Origin: Candidatus Saccharimonadota bacterium | Lineage (GTDB): Bacteria > Patescibacteriota > Microgenomatia > UBA1406 > GWC2-37-13 | Reading direction: 5' to 3' | Length of the DNA stretch: 32,000 nt | Assembly: GCA_016699265.1 (NCBI GenBank) | Contig: CP064967.1 | Location: 300,001-332,000, forward strand | Part shown: in pieces, positions 1 to 8,579 of the stretch | Layout: each line of letters starts with the position of its first letter | Position numbering within the stretch: position 1 is the stretch's first letter | Program-made: the position numbers and the translations under genes | The notes under the pieces: generated by a model | Database searches by the model: none | The model's input: the letters and a program-made list of their open reading frames with translations, nothing else | Told to the model about the DNA's origin: nothing

Positions 1-478
1 CATCAACTTTCTGAATATAATCACCGGCGCGAATCCCCGCCTTTTCTGCAGGTGAACCCTTGATGGGAGCAATGACTATTATTCGACCATTTTTTAGACC
101 AAGCGACGCACCAATTCCCTCGAATCTTCCCCCAAGTTCAGACTTCATTGCCTTGTTGTCATCTGGCGTCAGAAAGTAAGTGTAAGGATCGCCAACCGAC
201 GCAACCATTCCTTTGAGAGCTCCGTAGAACATTTTTTGTGGATCAAGTAACTTCTTGTCTACATACTTTTTATTCATCATCTCCATTACTTGCCAGTACA
301 GTTCAAAGTCAAATTTGGCTTTTTTCGCATTATCTGTGTTTATGTTTACGAGATCTAGATATTTGCCTGAGACGCTTGAGGAGGAAGAGCTGAGTTCACC
401 CAACTTAAAACCACTGCCAAAAAGAAGAATGGCAATCGCAAGGCCAGAGATGATACTGGTGATATTTGTCTTATTCAT
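1..478 (-). CDS. S41 C-terminal processing peptidase (Ctp/Prc-like), N-terminal part; gene continues past the window start
   Basis: Manual minus-strand translation from ATG 476-478: MNKTNITSIISGLAIAILLFGSG (signal anchor) ... GMVASVGDPYTYFLTP ... GRFEGIGASL ... IAPIKGSPAEKAGIRAGDYIQKVD (PDZ motif typical of Ctp). Absent from the ORF track because it is truncated by the window edge. Confidence 0.75.
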   Translation of the reverse strand, partial: MNKTNITSIISGLAIAILLFGSGFKLGELSSSSSSVSGKYLDLVNINTDNAKKAKFDFELYWQVMEMMNKKYVDKKLLDPQKMFYGALKGMVASVGDPYTYFLTPDDNKAMKSELGGRFEGIGASLGLKNGRIIVIAPIKGSPAEKAGIRAGDYIQKVD

Positions 479-570
479 AGTTCGAAATTTGGAATTTGAA
501 GTCAATTTGAAAAGTTTAAAAAAATAAGAAATTTGAACTTGAATAAAAACTAAAAAATTCAATATAAAAA

Positions 571-1296
571 TTACTCAACGTCGTAGAGATACATTGTACA
601 GTTTTTTTTATCGACGATGCAATGGGTATGTTTAGATGATTTAACCTCGGCCCACGAATCCTTATCCTCTAACTCAGCTGAGTTGACACCTTCCTTCTCT
701 GTAATATCATTTTTGGTCACAATACCTCTTACGCCAAGTACATCAAGTCTCACTGCCTCAGCAGGTCTTATTGATTCCGTAAAGACCACCTTATTTACAA
801 GGTCTCCTTCGGTTAGATCAGATAAATGTTGCTCATCGCAGAACATAAGTTCACCACCAAAATCTCCGACTACGTCCTTTATTTTATATTTATCGGAGGA
901 TCTAACTTCAAGTAATATATCTGAGTCCTTTACCTCCTTGACGATACCGACAAAGTAACAGGATAATACATTCAAGGATTCGGAAAGTGTTTCGATAATT
1001 AATGACCCAGTCTCATGATCAATAAGTTTGATTACTCCCGATTTAGGTGATGCAATCTGTTTTATTCCGAAGGTTGATTTTTTTGTTGCGAGTATTTCAT
1101 TCGCTTCCACCGTGTCCCCGACGATTTTTGCAAGGTGCATAAATATCTTATCGTTTGGTATACCAAGCTCCTCCGCTATTTCCAGACGGAAGCCTTCGCG
1201 TGCTGCAGATCGTAATAAAGGTGTTGAAAAATCAACGTTCTGCCCCGAAGTAAGCTGGAGAGTTCCTGGTACTGAAATAGTGAAGGTGATTGTCAT
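571..1296 (-). CDS. hypothetical protein (241 aa)
   Basis: Long intact ORF; TATAAT ends 6 nt before its ATG. No motif I can assign. The two + strand ORFs inside it are antisense shadows. Confidence 0.6.
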   Translation of the reverse strand: MTITFTISVPGTLQLTSGQNVDFSTPLLRSAAREGFRLEIAEELGIPNDKIFMHLAKIVGDTVEANEILATKKSTFGIKQIASPKSGVIKLIDHETGSLIIETLSESLNVLSCYFVGIVKEVKDSDILLEVRSSDKYKIKDVVGDFGGELMFCDEQHLSDLTEGDLVNKVVFTESIRPAEAVRLDVLGVRGIVTKNDITEKEGVNSAELEDKDSWAEVKSSKHTHCIVDKKNCTMYLYDVE

Positions 1297-1302
1297 ATGA
1301 TT

Positions 1303-1308
1303 ATTATA
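1303..1308 (-). promoter_or_regulatory. -10 box TATAAT, 6 nt before ATG at 1296
   Basis: Minus strand reads ATTATAAT-AATCAT-ATG. Confidence 0.5.
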
Positions 1309-1433
1309 ATGGATTTAACATTTATCGTTGCTATTGCGCATTAGTTAAGACAGCGAGAGGTTGAGTTGAGGAGCGGAATAAAATATGGATGATATAAAAT
1401 AAGAAATAGAAAATAAGAAATAAGAAATATTTC

Positions 1434-1640
1434 TTAAGCTCCGTGGTATGAGATGTATGGAAGCAGTCCTAAGAACTGAGCGTACTTAACGTGCTTAGTA
1501 AGCATTCTTTGATGACCCGCACAAATTCCTGAGATCTCGCGGGATGCAATTTTTTTTCTCGCAGATAAAAACTTCTGAAGGTTTTCAGTCTCTAGAAAAT
1601 TAGGATCTGTTCCGAATTGGCAAAAAAAACATTTGTGCAT
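1434..1640 (-). CDS. rpsR: 30S ribosomal protein bS18
   Basis: CFFC...FLSARKKIASREISGICAGHQRMLTKHVKYAQFLGLLPY matches the S18 core. Conserved rpsF-ssb-rpsR synteny. Confidence 0.85.
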   Translation of the reverse strand: MHKCFFCQFGTDPNFLETENLQKFLSARKKIASREISGICAGHQRMLTKHVKYAQFLGLLPYISYHGA

Positions 1641-1767
1641 ATCTTGGTTAATTGCTCTAAGTGCGCTAATTATTCTAATTTCTAAATAATTCCCAAGCTT
1701 CTAATTCGAAGCGTTTTGGAAATTGGTATTTGTTTAGGTTAATTAGGTTAATTAGAAATTTGTAATT
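1641..1767. repeat. ~128-nt palindromic intergenic element, copy 1 (ssb/rpsR spacer)
   Basis: 1657-1682 matches 14529-14554 at 24/26 nt. 1730-1746 matches 14616-14632 at 16/17 nt. The two arms (ctaattattctaatt / aattaggttaattag) are inverted repeats. Confidence 0.6.
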
Positions 1768-2277
1768 TTAAAATGGTATGTCGTCTGGATTAATAACCTC
1801 GGACTTCGAACTTGAGACTTCCTTTTCACTTACTACATCTTCCTCGTCCATCTTTGACGAGACTCCTGCTGGTTCATGTGCATGATCGGCTGTTGGTGTC
1901 ACCGTTTCCTCATGTTCGTGTTCAGTCTCTCCAGCGGCCTTTGCGCTACTGAAGACAATGAAATCATCCATGATGATCTCCGTTATGCTCTTTTGCTGTC
2001 CATCTTTTGCGGTGTAACTTCTGTATGCAAGTCTTCCTTCCAGATAGACCTTCTTTCCTTTAGATAGAAGCTTACCACATAGTTCTGCAAGTTTATTCCA
2101 AGCTGTGATGCGATGAAACTGCGTATCTTCCTTTGTCTGACCTTCTGCGGTGGTCCAGGTTCTGTTTGTGGCTAAACCAAACGAACAAACAGCCGCTCCG
2201 CTTGGTGTGTACTTTACTTCAGGATCTCGAGTCAAGTTTCCTAAAAGAACAACCTTATTTATAGATCGGCTAGCCAT
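1768..2277 (-). CDS. ssb: single-stranded DNA-binding protein
   Basis: OB-fold N-terminus (NKVVLLGNLTRDPEVKYTPSG...), acidic tail ending DDIPF. Confidence 0.9.
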   Translation of the reverse strand: MASRSINKVVLLGNLTRDPEVKYTPSGAAVCSFGLATNRTWTTAEGQTKEDTQFHRITAWNKLAELCGKLLSKGKKVYLEGRLAYRSYTAKDGQQKSITEIIMDDFIVFSSAKAAGETEHEHEETVTPTADHAHEPAGVSSKMDEEDVVSEKEVSSSKSEVINPDDIPF

Positions 2278-2278
2278 A

Positions 2279-2542
2279 TTAAGAAATATCTAATAATAGA
2301 TATCTGATAAGAACCTCATTTAATCCTAGTTTCTTTTTGAACTCAGTGACCTTGTTTTTAGGCATTGTGATTTTCCATTGGTACAGTGATGCTTCCATCA
2401 ATTTCTTAATGGGATAAGCTAAGGTTTTTTTTCCGTGTTGTTTTTCTTCTTGCACAGTTCCCTCAAGAGAAGTGATGAGAGTCTTGAGGTTTCCCAACTC
2501 TTCTTCCTGATTAAGCAAAAAAACGAAGTCGTATGCTGACAT
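2279..2542 (-). CDS. rpsF: 30S ribosomal protein bS6
   Basis: 87-aa ORF directly upstream of ssb; S6-like (YDFVFLL...HGKKTLAYPIKK). Confidence 0.8.
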   Translation of the reverse strand: MSAYDFVFLLNQEEELGNLKTLITSLEGTVQEEKQHGKKTLAYPIKKLMEASLYQWKITMPKNKVTEFKKKLGLNEVLIRYLLLDIS

Positions 2543-2551
2543 AGCAACCTA

Positions 2552-2557
2552 TATAAT
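2552..2557 (+). promoter_or_regulatory. -10 box TATAAT, 7 nt before ATG at 2565
   Basis: Plus strand reads TATAAT-AATTGGA-ATG. The same 22-nt spacer carries TATTAT/TATATA on the minus strand for rpsF. Confidence 0.45.
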
Positions 2558-2564
2558 AATTGGA

Positions 2565-4175
2565 ATGAGTCGAAAAATCAAGTGGTTAGCCTTGGGATTG
2601 AGCGTAGCGCTGCTTGTCTTTACGCGCTTTGTCAACCTTTCTTGGGGATTACCTTACCCATTTCATCCAGATGAAAGAAATATCGCAGTAGCGATTCAAC
2701 AGCTTCAGTGTACATTTCCTTTAGATCTAAAATCGTGTTTCAACCCACATTTTTTTGCATACGGGCAGTTTCCGATTTATTTAGGATACATTTTCGTTCA
2801 TCTAAACAGACTCATTACCAAGGTTGCAGGAACAGTCCGGTTTGAGGAGGCGGTATTAGCTTTGCGTTTCATCTCCGCAGTAGCATCTGTAGCCACTGTA
2901 GCGGTTTCAATAAGAATTTTAAGAATGTTTATACGAGATACCAAATACGAAATACCGTATATATTGTTATTAATTTTCTCCCCTTCACTTATCCAATTTG
3001 CCCACTTTGGTACCACTGAGTCTTTGCTCATGTTGTTTTTTTCATGGCTTATCTTCCTATGTCTAAAGCTAGATACGGAGCGTGCTTCCGAAGGTGTAGA
3101 TAGTATATATATATGGATTGGGGTGGTTACGGGTATGGCTATAGCGACCAAGGTCTCATCACTTTCTTTCTTACTACTACCTATTTACGCTGTCACATTA
3201 GGCCATGTACGACCTCGCAGGTCGTACAGGAAAGTGACGCGTTATGAAGAGTTTTGGCAGTGGTTTAATGAGCTTATTTTTGTCAGCTTTATTACCGGTG
3301 CGACCGCGATTCTACTTTCACCACATAATCTTATCTCCTGGACCGACTTTATTGGCAGTATGAAGTATGAATCGAGTGTTGCGATGGGAACGGTCCAGGT
3401 TTTTTATACAAGAACCTTTTCACACTCGGTTCCATTCCTATTTCAAGGTCTTAGCATTTTTCCCTATGCATTAGGCGTTCCTGTTTTTGCTTTATTCATA
3501 ATAAGTTTCTTTGTCCTTCCTTACAGTAGGAAAAACAATTTCCTACGTTTTTCATTTTTGGCAATATTTATTCCCTGGTCCTTGGCGTATACCAAATGGA
3601 CTAGATTTATGTCTCCTTTTTTTCCGCTGATGGTTATTTTCGTAGCGGTCTTCATCTCCAGACTTCCACGATGGCTTGGGTACGTACTTGTCTCGATCTG
3701 CATTTTGCCGGGGATCTTTTTTATGAATGTGTACACATCACAGGATGTGAGATTTGAGGCTTCGAAATGGATGGCTAAAAATATACCGCCCAAATCGTAC
3801 ATACTGCAGGAAACTGCCAACGTGGTGGATCTACCCCTTTTTCTTGAAACTTGGAACGTAGAATCCAGAACTTATAAGAACATTTCTTTCAACTTTTATG
3901 AGCTTGATGCAGATCCCAAACTACAGAATGAGCTTAAACTCCATATCAGAAAAGCAGACTACATCATAATTCCCTCTCGTAGGATTTTTATGAACCACTC
4001 TGCAAAGGATTACCCAATACTTAGTAAGTATTACTCAGATCTTTTTTCTGGAAAGCTAGGATTCAAGAAGGAAGCAGAATTTAGGACGCTGAACGATGAA
4101 GAGGCCGAGGAAACATGGACCGTTTTTGATCACCCAGTAATAAGGATTTTCAAAAGGATTAATCCCGATTCATAA
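2565..4175 (+). CDS. polytopic membrane glycosyltransferase, GT39/ArnT/PMT-like
   Basis: 536 aa with many hydrophobic helices; a DE motif in the first loop (FHPDERN), as in ArnT/PMT-type lipid-linked sugar transferases. Confidence 0.65.
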   Translation: MSRKIKWLALGLSVALLVFTRFVNLSWGLPYPFHPDERNIAVAIQQLQCTFPLDLKSCFNPHFFAYGQFPIYLGYIFVHLNRLITKVAGTVRFEEAVLALRFISAVASVATVAVSIRILRMFIRDTKYEIPYILLLIFSPSLIQFAHFGTTESLLMLFFSWLIFLCLKLDTERASEGVDSIYIWIGVVTGMAIATKVSSLSFLLLPIYAVTLGHVRPRRSYRKVTRYEEFWQWFNELIFVSFITGATAILLSPHNLISWTDFIGSMKYESSVAMGTVQVFYTRTFSHSVPFLFQGLSIFPYALGVPVFALFIISFFVLPYSRKNNFLRFSFLAIFIPWSLAYTKWTRFMSPFFPLMVIFVAVFISRLPRWLGYVLVSICILPGIFFMNVYTSQDVRFEASKWMAKNIPPKSYILQETANVVDLPLFLETWNVESRTYKNISFNFYELDADPKLQNELKLHIRKADYIIIPSRRIFMNHSAKDYPILSKYYSDLFSGKLGFKKEAEFRTLNDEEAEETWTVFDHPVIRIFKRINPDS

Positions 4176-4202
4176 GAATCGAAGATCTCGATTTAAATCG
4201 GG
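4164..4202 (+). terminator. hairpin spanning the stop codon of the GT39-like gene (no U-tract)
   Basis: cccgatt (4164-4170) pairs with aatcggg (4196-4202). Inner pairing: aatcg (4177-4181) with cgatt (4189-4193). Confidence 0.3.
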
Positions 4203-4224
4203 ATATGTTGTAATATGTATATAT

Positions 4225-5028
4225 ATGAATAACACACTTTTAAAGGCGCTACTTGGAGTTTTTGTACTGCTTGTTTTAGTAAAGATTTTTAATATAGCCT
4301 ATCCTATAAATATTAGAGTGGTTAATACGAGCGAGTCGGCAGAGTTTACTGTGATGGGTACGGGTAAGGTAACGGTAATTCCAGATGTTGCGGTTATTGA
4401 CGCTGGAGTAACTGTTAGCAATGCTTCTTCTGCAGAAAGCGCTAAGTCCCAAATTACATCCGTTAATAATAAGATTATTACAACGGTTAAGTTACTTGGA
4501 GTTGAGAAAAAAGATATTGAGACAAGTAGCTTTAACATATATCCTGAATATTCCACTACAACAATTCAACCATTAATTCTGAAAGGTTCGGCACAACCAG
4601 CGGTGGAGTCAACGGAAGCAGTTAGAGCCAGTTCAAAGATCTCGGGTTACAACGGCAGCGTTACAATTACTATGAAGGTGAGAAATAAAGACGTCGTATC
4701 TCAGGTCATTCAAAAGGTAACTGAGGCCGGTGGGACAAATGTTTCGGGTCCCAGATTCACGATCGATGACAGGAGCATTTATCAGCAGAAAGCTAGATCT
4801 TTAGCAATTTTGGATGCAAAAGGACAGGCTCAGAAACTTGCGAAGGAACTCGGTATCAAGCTTGGTAAGGTCACGAACATGGTTGAGTCGGGAGCTGGGC
4901 CTTACTACGATTACTCAAGAGGTTTATCGGCTATGGATGCATCGGCAAAGGCGGTCGAGGCTCCTGTTTTTGAAGAGGGTTCTGACATTGTTACTTCCTC
5001 AGTCACTCTATTCTTCGAGCGGAAGTAA
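4225..5028 (+). CDS. SIMPL/DUF541 (BP26-like) envelope protein
   Basis: N-terminal anchor, then ...SGPRFTIDDRSIYQQKARSLAILDAKGQAQKLAKELGIKLGKV..., typical of the SIMPL domain. Confidence 0.65.
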   Translation: MNNTLLKALLGVFVLLVLVKIFNIAYPINIRVVNTSESAEFTVMGTGKVTVIPDVAVIDAGVTVSNASSAESAKSQITSVNNKIITTVKLLGVEKKDIETSSFNIYPEYSTTTIQPLILKGSAQPAVESTEAVRASSKISGYNGSVTITMKVRNKDVVSQVIQKVTEAGGTNVSGPRFTIDDRSIYQQKARSLAILDAKGQAQKLAKELGIKLGKVTNMVESGAGPYYDYSRGLSAMDASAKAVEAPVFEEGSDIVTSSVTLFFERK

Positions 5029-5623
5029 TTTTGGTTCTTCTCCCAGATTGAAGTGCAAGGCCAACTTCTTTATGCCCATCGTGAGCGAATACATATACCG
5101 GGCACGGAACAAGAGATTCTTTGACTCGAACGAATGAAGAAAGTGCCTCATTCATTTCTCTTACTATCTGAGAGACCAATCCCTCTGCTTGAAGATGATA
5201 TCGTTTATAGTAGACCTCAACAGCTTCATCTACTGTCATAACTAAGGTTGGTATTCGAGTTACTCCTCTTACGTAGCGACTTCGGTGATGGCCATCGAGC
5301 AAGGCTAGGTGATACATTTGATCCTCGACAAGTTCGCTCCAAAGAGTTTCATTGTATGGACTAAATGGTATCGCAACAGCATGAGTAGGATTCTCGTGCA
5401 ATAATTTCATTTTATCCTCTTGTGTTAGGCCATTATAATGACGCTCTATTCTTCTCCTTTTTTTTACTTCATACTCCTCTATTGTCTGAATGCCATAAAG
5501 ACATTTACGAGGTACTTCTATTTTTGGCACTTCAAGCCGTATAAGTGCTTCTGTAGAGGCGTTCGGATCTCGAAATTCGTAGTTCCAGCGTTGTTGCGCG
5601 ACATCAACTCTCCGTTCTACCAT
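5003..5623 (-). CDS. ParB/sulfiredoxin-fold (ParB-like nuclease domain) protein
   Basis: Motif LLDGHHRSRY (DGHHR) characteristic of ParB/Srx-fold proteins. Overlaps pheA by 20 nt and the convergent SIMPL gene by 26 nt. Confidence 0.5.
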   Translation of the reverse strand: MVERRVDVAQQRWNYEFRDPNASTEALIRLEVPKIEVPRKCLYGIQTIEEYEVKKRRRIERHYNGLTQEDKMKLLHENPTHAVAIPFSPYNETLWSELVEDQMYHLALLDGHHRSRYVRGVTRIPTLVMTVDEAVEVYYKRYHLQAEGLVSQIVREMNEALSSFVRVKESLVPCPVYVFAHDGHKEVGLALQSGRRTKITSARRIE

Positions 5624-6449
5624 GGGTATCTTTTTTATAAATTCCTAATATTTTGAGAAAATGCACTTCAGTCTTTAGATCTAAAAGCGTTGCGTCTACA
5701 GAACCGCGATGAGCAGGATCAAATTCAAAATCGACATAAAAAAAATACTCAAACGGATGCTTTGGAAGTGGTCGCGACTCTAACTTCGTGAGATTGATAC
5801 GATGATCTGCAAATGTCTGCATAGCCCGAAACAGAGACCCGGGTTTATGAGATGTAGAGAATATGAGCGAAGCCTTATTAGTCTGGTAAATATCGATCTC
5901 ATGGTCCTTTCTGGTTAGTATAAAAAATCGAGTCCAGTTATTTTGATCATCTCCAATGTTCTTCTTCAGAATATCTAGGCCATATATCTGCGCAGCATCT
6001 AGACTTGCTATTGCTGCAAGGGATTTGTCCCCTGAATTCGAGATCATTTCCGCAGCTCCAGCCGTATCGTAGGACACAACCTCTTCAATCTCTGGATGCG
6101 ATTCGAAGAATAGATTACATTGTTCAAGGGCTTTTGGATGAGAGTACGCCTTCTTGATCATTTCGGCAGTACTACCACGTATTCCAAGAAGGTTATGATG
6201 GATCTGTAATTTATACTCTGCGATTATTTTAAGATCGTAATGAAATAAATGGTCGTAGTTCTCATAAACGGATCCAGCTAGTGTATTCTCAATAGGAACA
6301 ATGCCAAAGTCGGCTCTACCATTTTTGACTTCCTCAAAAATATCCTTAAAGTGATGCGTACCAATGAAAGTATTCTTACTTCCAAAATAATTGACTCCGG
6401 TTGTATGACTATATGCTCCCGCAGCTCCTTGGTAAATTATTTTTTTCAC
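5604..6449 (-). CDS. pheA: prephenate dehydratase (PDT + ACT domains), GTG start
   Basis: IIYQGAAGAYSH..., TRF motif (NWTRFFIL), ACT-domain ESRP motif (TKLESRPLPKHPFEYFFYVDFE). Confidence 0.85.
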   Translation of the reverse strand: MKKIIYQGAAGAYSHTTGVNYFGSKNTFIGTHHFKDIFEEVKNGRADFGIVPIENTLAGSVYENYDHLFHYDLKIIAEYKLQIHHNLLGIRGSTAEMIKKAYSHPKALEQCNLFFESHPEIEEVVSYDTAGAAEMISNSGDKSLAAIASLDAAQIYGLDILKKNIGDDQNNWTRFFILTRKDHEIDIYQTNKASLIFSTSHKPGSLFRAMQTFADHRINLTKLESRPLPKHPFEYFFYVDFEFDPAHRGSVDATLLDLKTEVHFLKILGIYKKDTHGRTES

Positions 6450-6616
6450 TCTGTGACGGCTTTATAATCGATAAGCGGTATTTCTCTTCCGTTTATAGAA
6501 ATGCTATCCGGTTTGGGAGGCTGCGGAATTGGGAATCCATCATCGTCTCTGGGAATTAAAAGAGGAGATACTTTCGTTTTCCACTCAGGTTGTTTATGTT
6601 CACTTTTTTCTACCAT
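6446..6616 (-). CDS. small hypothetical protein (56 aa), tightly coupled in the operon
   Basis: Below the ORF-track size cut-off. ATG at 6616 lies 2 nt after the upstream stop. Its TGA overlaps the pheA GTG start (GTGA). MVEKSEHKQPEWKTKVSPLLIPRDDDGFPIPQPPKPDSISINGREIPLIDYKAVTE. Confidence 0.35.
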   Translation of the reverse strand: MVEKSEHKQPEWKTKVSPLLIPRDDDGFPIPQPPKPDSISINGREIPLIDYKAVTE

Positions 6617-6618
6617 AT

Positions 6619-6981
6619 TCAACTTTGCCTGTAACCAGGACGACCCTCTTTGTCGTAAATTATTACCTTGTCGAAATATCTCACTCCACGTTCTTCCCAG
6701 CCCATATAGACAATCCCAGGTTTAAAAGGATGTGCAAAAAATTGGGGCTGCACTCCCTTACGAGTTTTAAGATGCTTGGGAACATCATGTGGGCTTACAG
6801 CCCTAGTTTTTTTAAGAATTTTGCGCAGTTTAGCGTCGGCTTCTGGACCTGGGGTCATGTGGGCGTAGCCCAAGAAAGAATTCATAACGTTTGACGAGCA
6901 AACTACATCAAATTGTCTTATTCTCTCACCTTGAGTATTGGGATGCTCGGGATGGTGTCTAGCTATTTCTGAGATACTCAT
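6619..6981 (-). CDS. hypothetical protein (120 aa)
   Basis: Intact ORF; TAATAT ends 6 nt before its ATG. No family recognised. Confidence 0.5.
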   Translation of the reverse strand: MSISEIARHHPEHPNTQGERIRQFDVVCSSNVMNSFLGYAHMTPGPEADAKLRKILKKTRAVSPHDVPKHLKTRKGVQPQFFAHPFKPGIVYMGWEERGVRYFDKVIIYDKEGRPGYRQS

Positions 6982-6987
6982 AAAAAA

Positions 6988-6993
6988 ATATTA
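6988..6993 (-). promoter_or_regulatory. -10 box TAATAT, 6 nt before ATG at 6981
   Basis: Minus strand reads TTGATTAATAT-TTTTTT-ATG. Confidence 0.4.
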
Positions 6994-6999
6994 ATCAAT

Positions 7000-7026
7000 A
7001 AAAAAACCCGCCTGTTCGGCGGGAAA
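7000..7026 (-). terminator. rho-independent terminator downstream of cysS
   Basis: Minus strand: CCCGCC-gaaca-GGCGGG followed by TTTTTTT (stem 7007-7012 / 7018-7023). Confidence 0.6.
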
Positions 7027-7159
7027 CTTAAACAGGTTTTTCTCTATTAACCCTTAGTTCCCGCCATCAGGCGAGATGAGTAAGGAATCCAATAAATGAA
7101 AAACGTTGATTTGTCATTGAGATCATATTATATACAATTTAGAGTTATTATCAATCTGA

Positions 7160-8563
7160 CTATTTTTTCTTCACTTTAGTTCCTTCTTTTCCATCTTCAA
7201 CAAGGTATCCCATTGAGTCGATCTGCTTTCGTAGTTCATCGGATTTTGCAAAGTCTTTATCTTGTTTTGCTTTCTCCCTTTGTGTTACTTTATCTTGAAC
7301 TTCTTGTGGAACGATTTCTTCAGAAACATTACGAAGCTGCAGTCCAAGGACTTCATCAAACTCATATAGTAGATCAAGTTTGTCCTCTGAAGGAATATTC
7401 GATTTGAGCATTGACCACACAGTCGCAACAGCTTGAGGTGTTTGTAGGTCGTTTTCTAGAGAATTCTTAAACTGCGAGCGATACTCATCTACCTGTTTTA
7501 ACTTATCCTCAGATAGAGTCTGTCTTCTCGTCTGGTTTCGTAGCACTTGAACTTGCTCCTGAAGTTTTTTTAGCGCTATTTGTGCCGCGTTAACCGAATC
7601 CCAAGTGAAGTTCATTTCTTGGCGATAATGGGTCTGTAAAAATAAGACACGTAGAGCTAAGGGATTTACGCTATGTTTATGCACATCCTCGATTGTGTAA
7701 AAGTTATTTAGCGATTTGCTCATCTTCGTACCGTCAACGAGTAAAAACGCATTATGAATCCAAATCTTTACAAATGGTTTTCCTGTAGCCGCTTCTGACT
7801 GAGCAATCTCATTTTCATGATGCACGGCAATATGATCAATTCCTCCAGTGTGAATGTCGATAGTCTCTCCTAGATACTTCATACTCATTGCAGAGCACTC
7901 TATGTGCCAACCGGGGAAACCTTTCCCATACGGAGAGTCCCAGTTCATTTCATGGTCTTTAAATCGTCCCACGCATTTGAACCATAGCGCAAAGTCGGCT
8001 GGATGTTTTTTTTCTGGATCTATGTTAACTTCATCTCTTGCTTTTTGTATTTTATCTTCAAGTTTTTGTCTTGAGAGTTTTCCGTAGTTAGGGAATTTTG
8101 AAATGTCAAAATACACAGCTTCTTTCGTTTCATATGTAAATCCTTTCTGTTTCAATTCTTTAATTAATTGAAGCATATCCTCTATATGATCGGTGGCTTT
8201 ACATGTGTTGGTTGCGGAAAGTACGTTAAGCGCAGTCATTGTCTGAAAGAAGTTGTCCGCATAGAAATTTGCCACCTCCCATACAGTTTTTCCAGATTTC
8301 TTAGCGCCTTTTTCCAGCTTATCCTCGCCCTCATCGGTGTCCCCTGTTAGATGTCCGACATCTGTAACATTCATAACGTGATTTACTTTATATCCCGCAT
8401 AGATCAGAGCTCTTTTCAATGTGTCGTTATTTACGTAAGTTCGCATGTGACCAATGTGTGTAAAGTCATATACGGTAGGGCCACAGGTATAGAGAGTAAT
8501 GAAGGGTGGATTAAGGGGAGTGAGTTCTTCGATTGATTTGCTGAGGGTATTGTAGAGTTTCAT
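7160..8563 (-). CDS. cysS: cysteine--tRNA ligase
   Basis: HIGH motif (FTHIGHMRTY) and KMSKS motif (TKMSKSLNN); 467 aa. Confidence 0.95.
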   Translation of the reverse strand: MKLYNTLSKSIEELTPLNPPFITLYTCGPTVYDFTHIGHMRTYVNNDTLKRALIYAGYKVNHVMNVTDVGHLTGDTDEGEDKLEKGAKKSGKTVWEVANFYADNFFQTMTALNVLSATNTCKATDHIEDMLQLIKELKQKGFTYETKEAVYFDISKFPNYGKLSRQKLEDKIQKARDEVNIDPEKKHPADFALWFKCVGRFKDHEMNWDSPYGKGFPGWHIECSAMSMKYLGETIDIHTGGIDHIAVHHENEIAQSEAATGKPFVKIWIHNAFLLVDGTKMSKSLNNFYTIEDVHKHSVNPLALRVLFLQTHYRQEMNFTWDSVNAAQIALKKLQEQVQVLRNQTRRQTLSEDKLKQVDEYRSQFKNSLENDLQTPQAVATVWSMLKSNIPSEDKLDLLYEFDEVLGLQLRNVSEEIVPQEVQDKVTQREKAKQDKDFAKSDELRKQIDSMGYLVEDGKEGTKVKKK

Positions 8564-8570
8564 TATTTAC

Positions 8571-8579
8571 ATTGTATCA
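8571..8579 (-). promoter_or_regulatory. extended -10 TGaTACAAT, 7 nt before cysS ATG
   Basis: Minus strand reads TAA-TGATACAAT-GTAAATA-ATG. The TAA is the stop of the upstream ORF. Confidence 0.5.

Noticed and set aside
6982-7159. Possible attenuator or riboswitch leader for the pheA operon: a TTGATA-N16-TATAAT promoter-like pair at 7127-7154, two hairpins, then a terminator just before the ORF at 6981.
   Set aside because: A simpler reading fits. The GC hairpin plus U-tract is the cysS terminator, and the next gene has its own TAATAT-N6-ATG leaderless promoter. I see no T-box or known riboswitch core, and the upstream promoter-like match lies in very AT-rich sequence.
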